A stretch of DNA of 64,000 nucleotides from Candidatus Melainabacteria bacterium 17Bon1m (lineage in GTDB: Bacteria > Cyanobacteriota > Vampirovibrionia > Obscuribacterales > Obscuribacteraceae): NCBI GenBank assembly GCA_032128875.1, contig JAVLKG010000005.1:256001-320000 (forward strand). Direction: 5' to 3'. Made by a program: the position numbers and the translations under genes. The first letter of the stretch is position 1; every line of letters begins with the position of its first letter. This document shows, one piece after another, positions 21,067 through 30,714 of this stretch. The notes under the pieces were generated by a model that saw only the letters and a list, made by a program, of their open reading frames with translations, was not told the DNA's origin and did not search any database.

Positions 21067-21663
21067 TTACCGATAGCAGATCCCAATGGCGAACCCAGCG
21101 AACGCCCAGATTCCGAGAAGCATAGCGGCTAAAAGTGCAATTCTCCCCCGCTTCAGAAAAAGTCCGGAAGCAAGAATCAGGCACGAGGCGAAAGTTGCAA
21201 TTTCGAGTATGTGATAATTCGGAATCGGATTCTTCGGCGGAGACGGAAAAGAGGCCGGCACTCCAAATCTAACGTCCACCGGTGCTCCAACAAGACCTTG
21301 CGCCTGGGCGCTCGAAATTAAACCGACCCAGGCCAGCATAGCAATGATGCTGCACGCCACTTTTTTCATTCGGTCGCGAACTTTTCGCAAGCCGACAGGG
21401 CAATCGTCTGTTATGACAGTTCCATCAAATCGCCTGTAGAGCTTCATGCAGGCTTGCCCATCGCTTTCTCGTATCAGGTTTGCAATTTGCTTCTTTGACA
21501 TGACTGAGGTGTTGTACACGCTTAAACTGCATTGTCCGCAGAAGCGTTTGCATTCGTCGCCTTCCATCGAATCCCACGGAACATCGCAGGAGGATGCGAT
21601 ATAGATGCGCTTCACAAGCTCATCGTCGGGAATGTTCAAATCAATTTTGATTTTGCTTTTCAT
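21067..21663 (-). CDS. Cys-rich N-domain membrane protein (paralogue 1)
   Basis: IASSCDVPWDSMEGDECKRFCGQC...CMKLYRRFDGTVITDDCPVG followed by hydrophobic segments. Confidence 0.8.
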   Translation of the reverse strand: MKSKIKIDLNIPDDELVKRIYIASSCDVPWDSMEGDECKRFCGQCSLSVYNTSVMSKKQIANLIRESDGQACMKLYRRFDGTVITDDCPVGLRKVRDRMKKVACSIIAMLAWVGLISSAQAQGLVGAPVDVRFGVPASFPSPPKNPIPNYHILEIATFASCLILASGLFLKRGRIALLAAMLLGIWAFAGFAIGICYR

Positions 21664-21678
21664 TGCAAAACACCACTC

Positions 21679-22311
21679 TTAGAACGGCGGGATGAAACCC
21701 CAGTTTCTTGCGCCGTACATGAGACCAATTACGAAACCAGCGAAGCCCCAGATTGCGAGCAGCATCAGACCAATCGTAGATGGTCGCGTTTTTTTGAGTA
21801 ACGTCAGCACTAGAAGTCCGACCGAAGATAGAACACCTGCTGAATTGATAAGAAAGCCGTACTGGTCCATGAATGACGATTTCACATTGACAGTCGAGAT
21901 CGCCCCGACCATCATTGTCACGGTTTCCTTGCCCTGAGGCTCCACCGCAGTGTCGCATGCTTGCGCTTGCGCACTGAAAAATGCCGTCAACGCCACTTGT
22001 GCCGCAACCGCAGCTGCTACTTTGCGCATGCGGTCCCTGATTTTTCGCAATCCCACGGGGCAATTGTTCGTAATGATGGTTCCATCCGCTCGTCGGAAAA
22101 GCTTCACACAAGCGCGCCCTCCATTCCTTCGAATGAGCGATGCGGCCTCAGCCGTGGACATCTCGGAGATGTTATAGACATTGAGTTTGCACTGTCCGCA
22201 AAAGCGCGTGCGTTCGTCGCCAGTCATCGCATCCCAATCGGCAGGGCAGGGCGAGGCAATCTTGATTTTGCTCAAGAGTTGCGCATCAGATTTGGGATTC
22301 GATAGAAACAT
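21679..22311 (-). CDS. Cys-rich N-domain membrane protein (paralogue 2)
   Basis: IASPCPADWDAMTGDERTRFCGQC...CVKLFRRADGTIITNNCPVG; GGAGGGG RBS before ATG 22311. Confidence 0.8.
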   Translation of the reverse strand: MFLSNPKSDAQLLSKIKIASPCPADWDAMTGDERTRFCGQCKLNVYNISEMSTAEAASLIRRNGGRACVKLFRRADGTIITNNCPVGLRKIRDRMRKVAAAVAAQVALTAFFSAQAQACDTAVEPQGKETVTMMVGAISTVNVKSSFMDQYGFLINSAGVLSSVGLLVLTLLKKTRPSTIGLMLLAIWGFAGFVIGLMYGARNWGFIPPF

Positions 22312-22426
22312 AAATCCCCTCCGGTTTGGCAGTATGCAAGAAAGGCAGGTCAAAACGCGAAACTAACGCGTCAGTGAACTGTAAGTGAAACGTCTAACTG
22401 GACTCTGTAACTAAGCTAGCTCAATC

Positions 22427-22545
22427 CACCAGTCGTGTCACTGGTGAAAACCCTGTTAAGGACGTAGGGCGCAACGGACCCCGTCAGTGCTCCGTACCCG
22501 ATAGCGCCACGTGCGGGCTACCTGACCCGCGCGCCACGTGCCGCT
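22427..22545. repeat. GC-rich palindromic intergenic element (REP/REPIN-like)
   Basis: Facing GTAG (22464) and CTAC (22518-22521) ends; GCGCCACGTGC twice; several hairpins. Confidence 0.35.
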
Positions 22546-22555
22546 TTCCGTAAAT

Positions 22556-22864
22556 CTACTTGCCGATGCGGACAATCATCTCATCGGGACCAGCGAGGTT
22601 CAGACGCTCACGTGCCAGTCGTTCGATACCGTCCGAAGAGCGGTAGCTGGACAGACCCTCTCTAAGCTCTTTGTTGACCTCTTGAGCCTGCGTTTCGCCT
22701 TGCTTCAGGGCAATCTCTTGCTGGTGCAGAAACATCTGGCGCTCGACGCTGCCGTATATCGATCTGCCCGCCTGGTAGATAGCCAATAGCGTCACGAGTC
22801 CGATGAGGACCTCGCGGATCATCTTCTGGCGCTTCTTATGTTCTGGCAAAACTTTCTCAGTCAC
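22556..22864 (-). CDS. FtsB/DivIC-like septum formation initiator
   Basis: Single TM, coiled coil, IERLARERLNLAGPDE. Confidence 0.75.
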   Translation of the reverse strand: MTEKVLPEHKKRQKMIREVLIGLVTLLAIYQAGRSIYGSVERQMFLHQQEIALKQGETQAQEVNKELREGLSSYRSSDGIERLARERLNLAGPDEMIVRIGK

Positions 22865-22992
22865 GGTTTATAGCTCCTGGTTGAAAAGTTTAGCAGCTCA
22901 GTCAAGTGCTTGAAAGGGTATGTAATTTAGGGCAGGTTCTTAAATCGAATTCATGGTTTAGAATTTCCCTGGCACACCACGGGGACCATCTC

Positions 22993-23514
22993 ATGTTTGA
23001 ATTGCAGCCTACTTTGACCGGCGAGCTTATAACACTGAGACCGTTGCGACTCGAAGATTACCCCGGCTTATATATGGCGGCGTCCGACCCACTCATCTGG
23101 GAACAGCACCCAAATTCCGACCGTTACAAGGAAGAGGTCTTCAAAGATTATTTTGACGGTGCACTTAAGTGCGGCGGTGCGTTAGTTATATTAGATGCTC
23201 AAACAGACGAGATCATAGGTTCTTCTCGATATTTCGGACTGGACGAGAATGCAAGCGAAATCGAGATTGGCTGGACGTTTCTAACTACCAATTATTGGGG
23301 TGGAACAGTTAACCGGGAGCTGAAAAAGCTGATGTTGGAGCACGCCTATCAGTTTGTCGATCATGTTCTATTTTTCGTAGGACCAAACAATAAACGCTCC
23401 CGCAAAGCCGTCGAAAAGCTCGGCGCAACCTACGTTGATACCAGATCTCGATTCGGCGGAGAAAGCGTTGTCTACCGACTTTCAAAAGACGAATATGCAG
23501 CTTTGGCGACGTAG
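22993..23514 (+). CDS. GNAT N-acetyltransferase (RimJ/RimL-like)
   Basis: QPTLTGELITLRPL, EIGWTFL...YWGG, NKRSRKAVEKLGA; ATG 22993 preferred. Confidence 0.9.
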   Translation: MFELQPTLTGELITLRPLRLEDYPGLYMAASDPLIWEQHPNSDRYKEEVFKDYFDGALKCGGALVILDAQTDEIIGSSRYFGLDENASEIEIGWTFLTTNYWGGTVNRELKKLMLEHAYQFVDHVLFFVGPNNKRSRKAVEKLGATYVDTRSRFGGESVVYRLSKDEYAALAT

Positions 23515-23579
23515 TTTGTGGCGACTTCGATGTATGCTGAATCGTAAGTGACTTCGGCGCTAGATGTGCGCACCGGCTC

Positions 23580-25049
23580 TTAATGGCTCGCTGCACCTGT
23601 TGTCGCAGGAGCGTTGAGTTCCTTCAAAATGGTCTCTGCCTGTTTTTTGAAATCTGCCATTATTTTCTCAATCCGCTCAATGTCAGGCGCTTCGTAGCTT
23701 ACTCGAAGTATCGGTTCTGTTCCTGATGGACGGATCAATACGAATGTGAAATCGTCAAGATACAGCTTCAAACCATCTGACCGCCCCACATTGACCACTT
23801 TCTCGCCGGCAATCATGTCCGGCGGTATCTTCTTCAAATGTTCCATCAACGCTTTCTGAGTGGAGGCAGTGAGGTGCATGTCTGCTCTTTTGGCGACGAA
23901 GTCAGACCCAACCTCTGCGACCAGTTCTTCCCAAATTTTGGAGAGCGGTTTTTTCTCAAACTCCATCATCTCCAGCACTAGCAGGTTGGCGAGAATACCG
24001 TCTTTCTCGGGGATGTGACCTTTGACGGAAACACCACCAGACTCTTCACCGCCAATGAGAATGTCTTTTAGCCGCATCTGTTCGCCGATGTACTTGAATC
24101 CTACAGGCGTTTCAATCACTTCAAGTCCGTACAGCTTCGCCATTTTGTCGAGCAAATGAGTAGTCCCGACCGTGCGGACAATGGCACCTTTGATGCCGCG
24201 GTTCTTGACTAAGTGTCGCGTAAGAAGGCACAGCAACTGGTTTGGCGAAAGGTATGTGCCGTTTTCATCGATGATTGCAAAACGATCTGCATCACCATCG
24301 GTGGCAAGTCCGACGTCTAGTTTTTCCTGTTTCACAAGCGCGATAAGTTCTTTGAGAAACTCTGGCTTGGGTTCCGGCATCCCGCCGCCGAATAGCGGAT
24401 CGCGAAAATCATGCAGCACGGAAAGAGGCAATTGCGCTTCTCTGATCAACGTATCCAAGTAACCGCGGCTCGTGCTGAAGAGTGCATCATAACCAACTCG
24501 AATTTTTGCCGTGCCCAGTTTTTTGATATCTACCAAACGTCTGAGAGCGTCGAGATAAACCGGCATAGGATCGAAGCGTTCGATAGTGACATGTGAGAAC
24601 TCATAATCTTTTGGCAGATCGTTCAGGTGTTTTGCAATTTCATTCGTCGTGTCGTTCGTGGCAGGACCACCAAAATGAGGAATGTACTTAATCCCGCAGT
24701 ACTCCGGCGGGTTGTGGCTTGCGGTAAGTTGGAGCGCACCACAAGTGGTTTCGTTTTGCGCGGCAAAGGCGATACAGGGTGTCGGAACATCGCGCTCCGT
24801 CATTTTTGCTGAAAGACCCATGCTCACAAGGATTTGTCCTGCGCGCTCGGCGAATTTGTCAGCGAGAAAACGCGTATCGTATCCGATCAATATGGGCTTG
24901 GTTTTGGCGGACGCTTCGTCTGTAAGCCCGTACTCTTTTTTGATGTAAGTGCCGACTGCGTAAGCGACGCGCTCAACATTTTCAAAGGTGAACTGATCCG
25001 CGATGATTGCTCTCCAACCATCCGTGCCGAACTTGATTTTTTCGGTCAT
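23580..25049 (-). CDS. Phosphoglucomutase/phosphomannomutase family
   Basis: FGTDGWR, TASHNP, DGDADR, GGEESGG, RPSGTEP. Confidence 0.96.
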   Translation of the reverse strand: MTEKIKFGTDGWRAIIADQFTFENVERVAYAVGTYIKKEYGLTDEASAKTKPILIGYDTRFLADKFAERAGQILVSMGLSAKMTERDVPTPCIAFAAQNETTCGALQLTASHNPPEYCGIKYIPHFGGPATNDTTNEIAKHLNDLPKDYEFSHVTIERFDPMPVYLDALRRLVDIKKLGTAKIRVGYDALFSTSRGYLDTLIREAQLPLSVLHDFRDPLFGGGMPEPKPEFLKELIALVKQEKLDVGLATDGDADRFAIIDENGTYLSPNQLLCLLTRHLVKNRGIKGAIVRTVGTTHLLDKMAKLYGLEVIETPVGFKYIGEQMRLKDILIGGEESGGVSVKGHIPEKDGILANLLVLEMMEFEKKPLSKIWEELVAEVGSDFVAKRADMHLTASTQKALMEHLKKIPPDMIAGEKVVNVGRSDGLKLYLDDFTFVLIRPSGTEPILRVSYEAPDIERIEKIMADFKKQAETILKELNAPATTGAASH

Positions 25050-25067
25050 CTACTCAACCACATCTAA

Positions 25068-26717
25068 CTAACCACTTCCGGACTTAAGCAATTCGAGGTA
25101 CTCGCGAACTGCTTGCCAGGCTGTTCCTGCTTGCCAGCGGTTGCGGTACTTCTTATCGACGGCGCGGCTGGCAGGTGGCCAGACTCGAGATGGTCTTAGT
25201 TCTTCAATTGCATCTTCCGAGTCGAATTGCACGCAAGAGCCGTCTCTACCGTAAAGTCTAATTTCTTCTTTGACTGCTGCATCGATTGTGGGTTTGTAGC
25301 AGCCAGTCTCTTCATCGAATTCACGACCATCCATGCTTTGGAATCTGGTCACCATGCGAAATCCGTCGTATGCGAATACGGCAGTAATTGCTTTCCACTG
25401 CCCGTCTTCATCCACCATCTGTCTGCGCTCGACATGCAGTCCGCGCGCCAAGTCGATGCTCCAAAACTGTCCGTCTTTTCTAACGATCGACAATCTGCCG
25501 ACGCGATCAATCGCCATCGACTCACCAGCCGCACGCACGCGACCTTCAGGATCGTGTACGACGACTCCTTGTTTGTCAGATTCGCCATAAGCTTGAATGT
25601 TTCCGGCCTTATCCGTGCGCACAAAGAAGCGAAGGTGACCTTGTTCGTCGTACCGCGTACGCAGCACTGGACCCAGCGGCGAACGGACTTCGATGACTCT
25701 ACCTAGCGAGTCTTTGATGATTGTTGCGCCGTTTTCCATCGACTCCATTCGTCTGCCTGCGGGCAGCATCTGGAGTGTTGGTCTTTCGTCGGTCGTATTG
25801 CGCGACAGTGCGGGGCGAGTATCCGCAAGGTAATTGCTTTCTGAAAGGGACTGGGGCTTTGGCTGCAGTCCGAGTTCTTCGTGTCTTTCAGTAAGAGTTC
25901 TAGAATTGGGATTTGTTTGCGCTGAAGCGAGCAGTTGTTCTGCTGTTTCTGCGTGCTGCACAGCCGATGTCAAATTGCCCAGCAAGCGCTGCGTGGCCAA
26001 TGCCAGAGGCGACTCTTTTGCCGTATTTTCTTCGCTTTCGTTTGCGTAGAGCGAGACAGTCTGAATCTCGTCGAGCGAGCAGGCTATCATGTCGTCTTCG
26101 TCATCATCTGTGGTGGCATACTCGGAGCGACCCGTATTGAGCCACGAATTCAACATCTCATAACTGGTCGATGCAGGCACGAGTTCGACCGGAGGGCGTG
26201 CGCAAGGAACATACTCGGGCAGAGCGCACTTCGGCATTGCCTTCTCCGGAATAGAACCAGCCTCTAGCGTCAACAGATCGGCAAGACCTTGCAGCGCGCT
26301 TTCAGCCAAGCCAAAGTTGCGATTTTTCGCGAGGGGCTGGGTTTTTGGCTGTGGGGAAAAGCTGGTCGACCACTCGTCGGCGACAGTTTTAGGACGCTGC
26401 GGGACAATAACGGAAGGAATCGTATTGGTGGCGAAAGTCGGAAGGCGCTCAGGCTCGATGACCTCGCGTTCGAAGTCGCTTGCAGCAGCTGAGAGGTACT
26501 CCAGCAGCATTTTTGGCTCGGTACATTCAGGTGCCTGTGCCAGGCGCACGCGCTTGCCGGTTGTAGGCGCGCTAGGCGGCTTCATGACAGAAGCTCCGGC
26601 GCCAGAATGCAGGTTTGAATTGCCAGGATTTTTCAGCTGATGAGAAGCGAAGCGTCCTTTTGAACGCCCCATCGCTCTGAGTTGGTGGCGAGGAAAGCCT
26701 GTTAACTCCATACTCAA
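25068..26717 (-). CDS. Hypothetical protein; disordered N-half, beta-hairpin (YD-like) repeat C-half
   Basis: 549-aa ORF; DSLGRV, YDEQGHL, DKAGNI, DPEGRV, DRVGRL units. Confidence 0.65.
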   Translation of the reverse strand: MSMELTGFPRHQLRAMGRSKGRFASHQLKNPGNSNLHSGAGASVMKPPSAPTTGKRVRLAQAPECTEPKMLLEYLSAAASDFEREVIEPERLPTFATNTIPSVIVPQRPKTVADEWSTSFSPQPKTQPLAKNRNFGLAESALQGLADLLTLEAGSIPEKAMPKCALPEYVPCARPPVELVPASTSYEMLNSWLNTGRSEYATTDDDEDDMIACSLDEIQTVSLYANESEENTAKESPLALATQRLLGNLTSAVQHAETAEQLLASAQTNPNSRTLTERHEELGLQPKPQSLSESNYLADTRPALSRNTTDERPTLQMLPAGRRMESMENGATIIKDSLGRVIEVRSPLGPVLRTRYDEQGHLRFFVRTDKAGNIQAYGESDKQGVVVHDPEGRVRAAGESMAIDRVGRLSIVRKDGQFWSIDLARGLHVERRQMVDEDGQWKAITAVFAYDGFRMVTRFQSMDGREFDEETGCYKPTIDAAVKEEIRLYGRDGSCVQFDSEDAIEELRPSRVWPPASRAVDKKYRNRWQAGTAWQAVREYLELLKSGSG

Positions 26718-26773
26718 CGCCCTTGCTGAGGCCTACATGGTACTTTATAAACTGGAAAAATATATATTAACGC

Positions 26774-28081
26774 TTGTTAAGGAGCTGGGTGGAGTTGGCT
26801 GTTAATAAGAAAGACACCCTGATCAGGGCTCTGGCAGCGCTTTATCTGGCAGTACTGTTCGTCATCACTTGTTTTATGGTCGAGTGGATGTTCAAGTTGC
26901 CGACCATCAAGTATCACGATTACGCCAAATATTACGCAGCGGCGAAAATTGTCACTTCTAATCAAAGCCACAGAATTTACGACCTGGATTACCAAAACCA
27001 AGTCTGGCAAGACCTGAGCCATGAAAGCAAGACCGGCAGGAAAGTCACACTGGAAATCTCGCCAATTTGGCCGCCCTTTCTTGTCCCGTTTGGTCACCTT
27101 CCGATTCTCGATGCCTACTGGCTGTGGCAGGCCTGTTGGATTTCTTGCGGCGTGATAGGCATCTTCAGCATTTTGCGATCGGTTCATGCCTCGACGCCAA
27201 TTTGGACTAATGTCTATCGAAGTCTTGTTCTGGTAATTGCAACTTTGGCATGTTTGCCTGAAGCGAGAGGAATGGTTTTAGGGCAGCCCTGCTGGCTTAT
27301 CCTCGGTTTTGTCGCGGGCTTTTGTGCTGCCTTTATTGCCAAGCGTGATATCGCTGCTGGTATCATGCTGGCGATTTCGACGCTCAAGTTTCAATATTCT
27401 CCTTTTCTAGGAGTTGCAGCTCTTGCTTCCCGGCGCTGGAAGTTGATTATTGTCGCTGCAATAGTGTTTTTCGCTTTGTCCGTAAGTTCTGCTTCTGTCA
27501 TCGGCGCTGATGCTTTCATTCACGGACCTCTAACTCTCTTGCAGTGGGATTCGAATAAAGAGCTGGAAATCGATATAAATCCTCAATCGATGGTCAATTT
27601 TCGCGGGATTTTGAGCACTTTGTTGAGTCCGGAAATCGCAATGAAGTCCAGTATCTTTCTGATGATCACGGGTCTTTTATTGACACTGAAAATATGGATA
27701 GATGCAATTCGAATTGGTCCAAAGACAATTCCCTGGGCGCTTTCTTTCACTGTTGCTGCCTTTCTTCTCTTCAGCGCGCATGTGCACATGTACGAGTGCG
27801 TGGTGCTCGTTGTTTGTGCTGCCCTTACATTCCCTAGCTTCGATCCTGTGAAGTTGTGCGCGATCAAAGACTGGAGAATGCGTTCGTGGATATTACTCCT
27901 GGTGAGTTATCCTATTCTTCTCTGGTTCATTTTTCTACTTGATGTGAAATTGTTCCATGTGGTTGTGAATGGTTCGAATTTGTCAGTCTTGACTGTTTTT
28001 GCGTTGAACATAATCAACGTAATTTTGCTTTTGCTGGCTTCTGCAAATTTGTATGCATTGAAGGATGACGCTAGAGGATAG
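26774..28081 (+). CDS. GT87 / DUF2029 GT-C glycosyltransferase
   Basis: DYAKYY..IYD, LGQP, LKFQ, HVHMYE; overlaps gmhB. Confidence 0.8.
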   Translation: MLRSWVELAVNKKDTLIRALAALYLAVLFVITCFMVEWMFKLPTIKYHDYAKYYAAAKIVTSNQSHRIYDLDYQNQVWQDLSHESKTGRKVTLEISPIWPPFLVPFGHLPILDAYWLWQACWISCGVIGIFSILRSVHASTPIWTNVYRSLVLVIATLACLPEARGMVLGQPCWLILGFVAGFCAAFIAKRDIAAGIMLAISTLKFQYSPFLGVAALASRRWKLIIVAAIVFFALSVSSASVIGADAFIHGPLTLLQWDSNKELEIDINPQSMVNFRGILSTLLSPEIAMKSSIFLMITGLLLTLKIWIDAIRIGPKTIPWALSFTVAAFLLFSAHVHMYECVVLVVCAALTFPSFDPVKLCAIKDWRMRSWILLLVSYPILLWFIFLLDVKLFHVVVNGSNLSVLTVFALNIINVILLLLASANLYALKDDARG

Positions 28082-28634
28082 TTTGGTTACGTTGGCGAAC
28101 TCGCGTTTGAAGCATCTATTTTTGGACCGCGACGGTATTATCAATTCCGTGGTCATGCGTGAAGCTGTAGTTGGAAGTCCGCGCAACTTGCAGGAGTTCG
28201 AAATAAGAGACGATTTCATCGAGTTCTACAATCAAGCTCGCGAAAGGAATGTGACCCTATATGTGGTATCTAACCAGCCTGATATCCGCCGCGGCTTGAT
28301 GCAAGAAGATGCTCTTGTCGAGATGAGCAATGTTCTTCATTCGCGCTTCGAATTCGCAGAAATCCTATATTGCCGCCACGATAATTCCGATTGTTGCGCC
28401 TGCCGAAAACCTAAGCCAGGCATGTTGATGGAGCTTTTGCAGAAGTTTTGCATAGATCCTGAAGAGACGCTTATGGTGGGCGATAGTCCTAAAGACATTG
28501 AAGCTGCCCATGCAGCAAACGTTAAGTCTGCACTTCTGAAGACGCAATACAATATGCCTTACGAGGAAGCCAAGCCGCCTACTTTGATGATCAACTCTTT
28601 GCTCGAATTGTTCAGCTCTTTAGAGCAAATCTAG
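28065..28634 (+). CDS. gmhB: D-glycero-D-manno-heptose 1,7-bisphosphate phosphatase (HAD IIIA)
   Basis: FLDRDGIIN, SNQ, CRH...CACRKPKPGML, GDS..D. Confidence 0.88.
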   Translation: MTLEDSLVTLANSRLKHLFLDRDGIINSVVMREAVVGSPRNLQEFEIRDDFIEFYNQARERNVTLYVVSNQPDIRRGLMQEDALVEMSNVLHSRFEFAEILYCRHDNSDCCACRKPKPGMLMELLQKFCIDPEETLMVGDSPKDIEAAHAANVKSALLKTQYNMPYEEAKPPTLMINSLLELFSSLEQI

Positions 28635-28668
28635 GTCCGCGATTTTTTGGCTAAACGACTGCCTTTGG

Positions 28669-29400
28669 CTATTTCGCTTGTAGCACTGCTGAACGCTTTT
28701 GCGTCAGCGCTGCTCTGTGTGGGTTGAAAAAACTTCTCCAGCGCCATATGCGTTTGAAAGTCCAGATCGTTCCTGGAATAGGCACTATCTTACTGTCGCC
28801 AATGCGCGGCTTGTAGTTGATGAACATCTCTTCGCAGCGATAACCAAGGCAGTAGGGTCCAATCTGCAATTCCACCGGCAACGCCATTCCCTCAGGTTCG
28901 TACGGAAAGTCTTCAAGCATGGTCTTGCGATAGGCGCGCATACCCGTGTGCACGTCCGTGCTATGAGCATTGCAAAGTATGCGCGAACAAAATGCGAAGA
29001 CCCAATTAGCAACATAGTGCGAGAAATGCATTGCTTCCGGTCGCTTGCCCAATCGTGACGCGCTCACCAGATCTGCCCCCTTATCCATGCGGCTGATTAA
29101 TTCATCGATTGCTTCAACCGGATAGGTATCGTCGCAATCGAGGGTGATTACATATTCTCCTGATGCTTTTCTCAGGCCTGCGTCCATCGCCCATCCATAG
29201 CCTTTGGGAGGAAACTGGCGAACGACCGTGCAATCCAACTCCTCTGCAATTTTTGCCGTGTTGTCTGTGCTGCTGTCCACTACTACGATTTCCGCTGTCG
29301 GTAAGACGCCGCGGATGTCATTGACGACCTTCGCTATTGCTCGCTCCTCGTTGAGAGTGAGAAGAACGCAAGATACGCTAGTTCGGGTTTCCTTGCTCAT
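28669..29400 (-). CDS. GT2, polyprenyl-phosphate glycosyltransferase-like
   Basis: LNEE, VDSSTD, GYG, DCDDTYP, DVHTGMRAY, RIGDSK. Confidence 0.9.
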   Translation of the reverse strand: MSKETRTSVSCVLLTLNEERAIAKVVNDIRGVLPTAEIVVVDSSTDNTAKIAEELDCTVVRQFPPKGYGWAMDAGLRKASGEYVITLDCDDTYPVEAIDELISRMDKGADLVSASRLGKRPEAMHFSHYVANWVFAFCSRILCNAHSTDVHTGMRAYRKTMLEDFPYEPEGMALPVELQIGPYCLGYRCEEMFINYKPRIGDSKIVPIPGTIWTFKRIWRWRSFFNPHRAALTQKRSAVLQAK

Positions 29401-30626
29401 TTGCTGCTCTCATTTGCGTAAAGTGCCAGTATGTCTGCGCCTCTCAAGTCCATTCCTATTTTATAAAGGTATTCAGGACCAAAGATACCTTTGAAGAGGT
29501 GTGAGGCTGTTTCAACATAGACCGGTTTCAAGCCTTGCTTGCTCATCAGGTCGGCGAGCGACTTTGGCGAGAAATAACGCACGTGATCGAACTTGAACGA
29601 ATAATAGTAATCTCCCAGGATGTCTGCTTCGATTGCGGAAAGATTTGGCGTTCTAACAACGATTACGCCATCATCGGCAAGATATTGCTTAAGGATTCCG
29701 ACCACTTCATCTGCGAATTCCAAATGCTCGATGACGTCCCACATTGTTATGAGTTGAAACTTCATGCCTTTGGCTACAGACTCGAGGTTTTCTACGCGGC
29801 AATTCCACGTGTCGAACCCGAAGACTTCTTTGCACTGCGCGATGATGTCTGTCGAAAGGTCTATTCCAAAATGTTGAAAACCGAGATCGTGCACTGCTTT
29901 TCTGAAGTATCCGATACCTGAGCCGACGTCCAGCATTTTGACATCAGAAGGATTGGCTAACCATTTGTCACGTCGCCAGCCGGCGTTTTCCACTGTTGTG
30001 TTGATCAGACGGCGTGACTTCTCTAAGCGCCAATCCATCTGCACACTGTAGTGTTTCATTCCATAGTGCGCTGTTCCTTCTGAGCCAAAGTAAGCGTTGT
30101 CATAAACGATACTATCGGCGGTGACTAGCTGATTGTCTTTTGTGTTTACCAACCAGGCGAATTCCAGGTCTTTGTTGCCGATGACACTGCGTGATTTGTC
30201 GCCACTTACGGATTGCGCATAGACAATATTCGGCTTTTGACCCTGTGGACCAACTACCAATGCTTGGGAGCCTGCATCCGGTCGTGTGCCGCCATAAAGA
30301 ATTTCATCTGTCGCTTGCTTCAAGCAATCGAACTGCTTGTTGGGAGGCAAATCTCTAAGCTGCTCGCCGAACTTGGATTTCGCGAGCGCTACGGTCCGCT
30401 CGACATAGGCGCGCGCTTTTTCCTCGTCGATTTCCAAAAGACGGCAGAATGCCTGTTTCCAGTGGTCATGGTCGTCGTAAAACTGCACCGAACCGTCGTT
30501 TACGTACAACAACCCCATGGTGGTTTCTACCCAGCCACCGGGGCTGGTCGGTTTGTCCTTCACGTTCTTTCCCAAAGCATTAGATTGCATTTTTGCGTGG
30601 TCCATAGTAATTGTCGCCTGGCACAA
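29397..30626 (-). CDS. Class I SAM-dependent methyltransferase with extra N-domain
   Basis: LDVGSGIG, WDVIEH, TPN, HVRYFS; overlaps the GT2 gene. Confidence 0.85.
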   Translation of the reverse strand: MCQATITMDHAKMQSNALGKNVKDKPTSPGGWVETTMGLLYVNDGSVQFYDDHDHWKQAFCRLLEIDEEKARAYVERTVALAKSKFGEQLRDLPPNKQFDCLKQATDEILYGGTRPDAGSQALVVGPQGQKPNIVYAQSVSGDKSRSVIGNKDLEFAWLVNTKDNQLVTADSIVYDNAYFGSEGTAHYGMKHYSVQMDWRLEKSRRLINTTVENAGWRRDKWLANPSDVKMLDVGSGIGYFRKAVHDLGFQHFGIDLSTDIIAQCKEVFGFDTWNCRVENLESVAKGMKFQLITMWDVIEHLEFADEVVGILKQYLADDGVIVVRTPNLSAIEADILGDYYYSFKFDHVRYFSPKSLADLMSKQGLKPVYVETASHLFKGIFGPEYLYKIGMDLRGADILALYANESSK

Positions 30627-30714
30627 ACTAGTTATACCCTGCAGCTATTTTCCCGAAAGTGACCGGGCCGCCTTAGCTGGGTATATTTTTCTCAAGTGGC
30701 AGCAGGATGAATCT

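Noticed and set aside
22495-22545. SRP RNA (GGTCAGG on the minus strand)
   Set aside because: Lacks the GGAA-loop / AGCAG helix-8 signature
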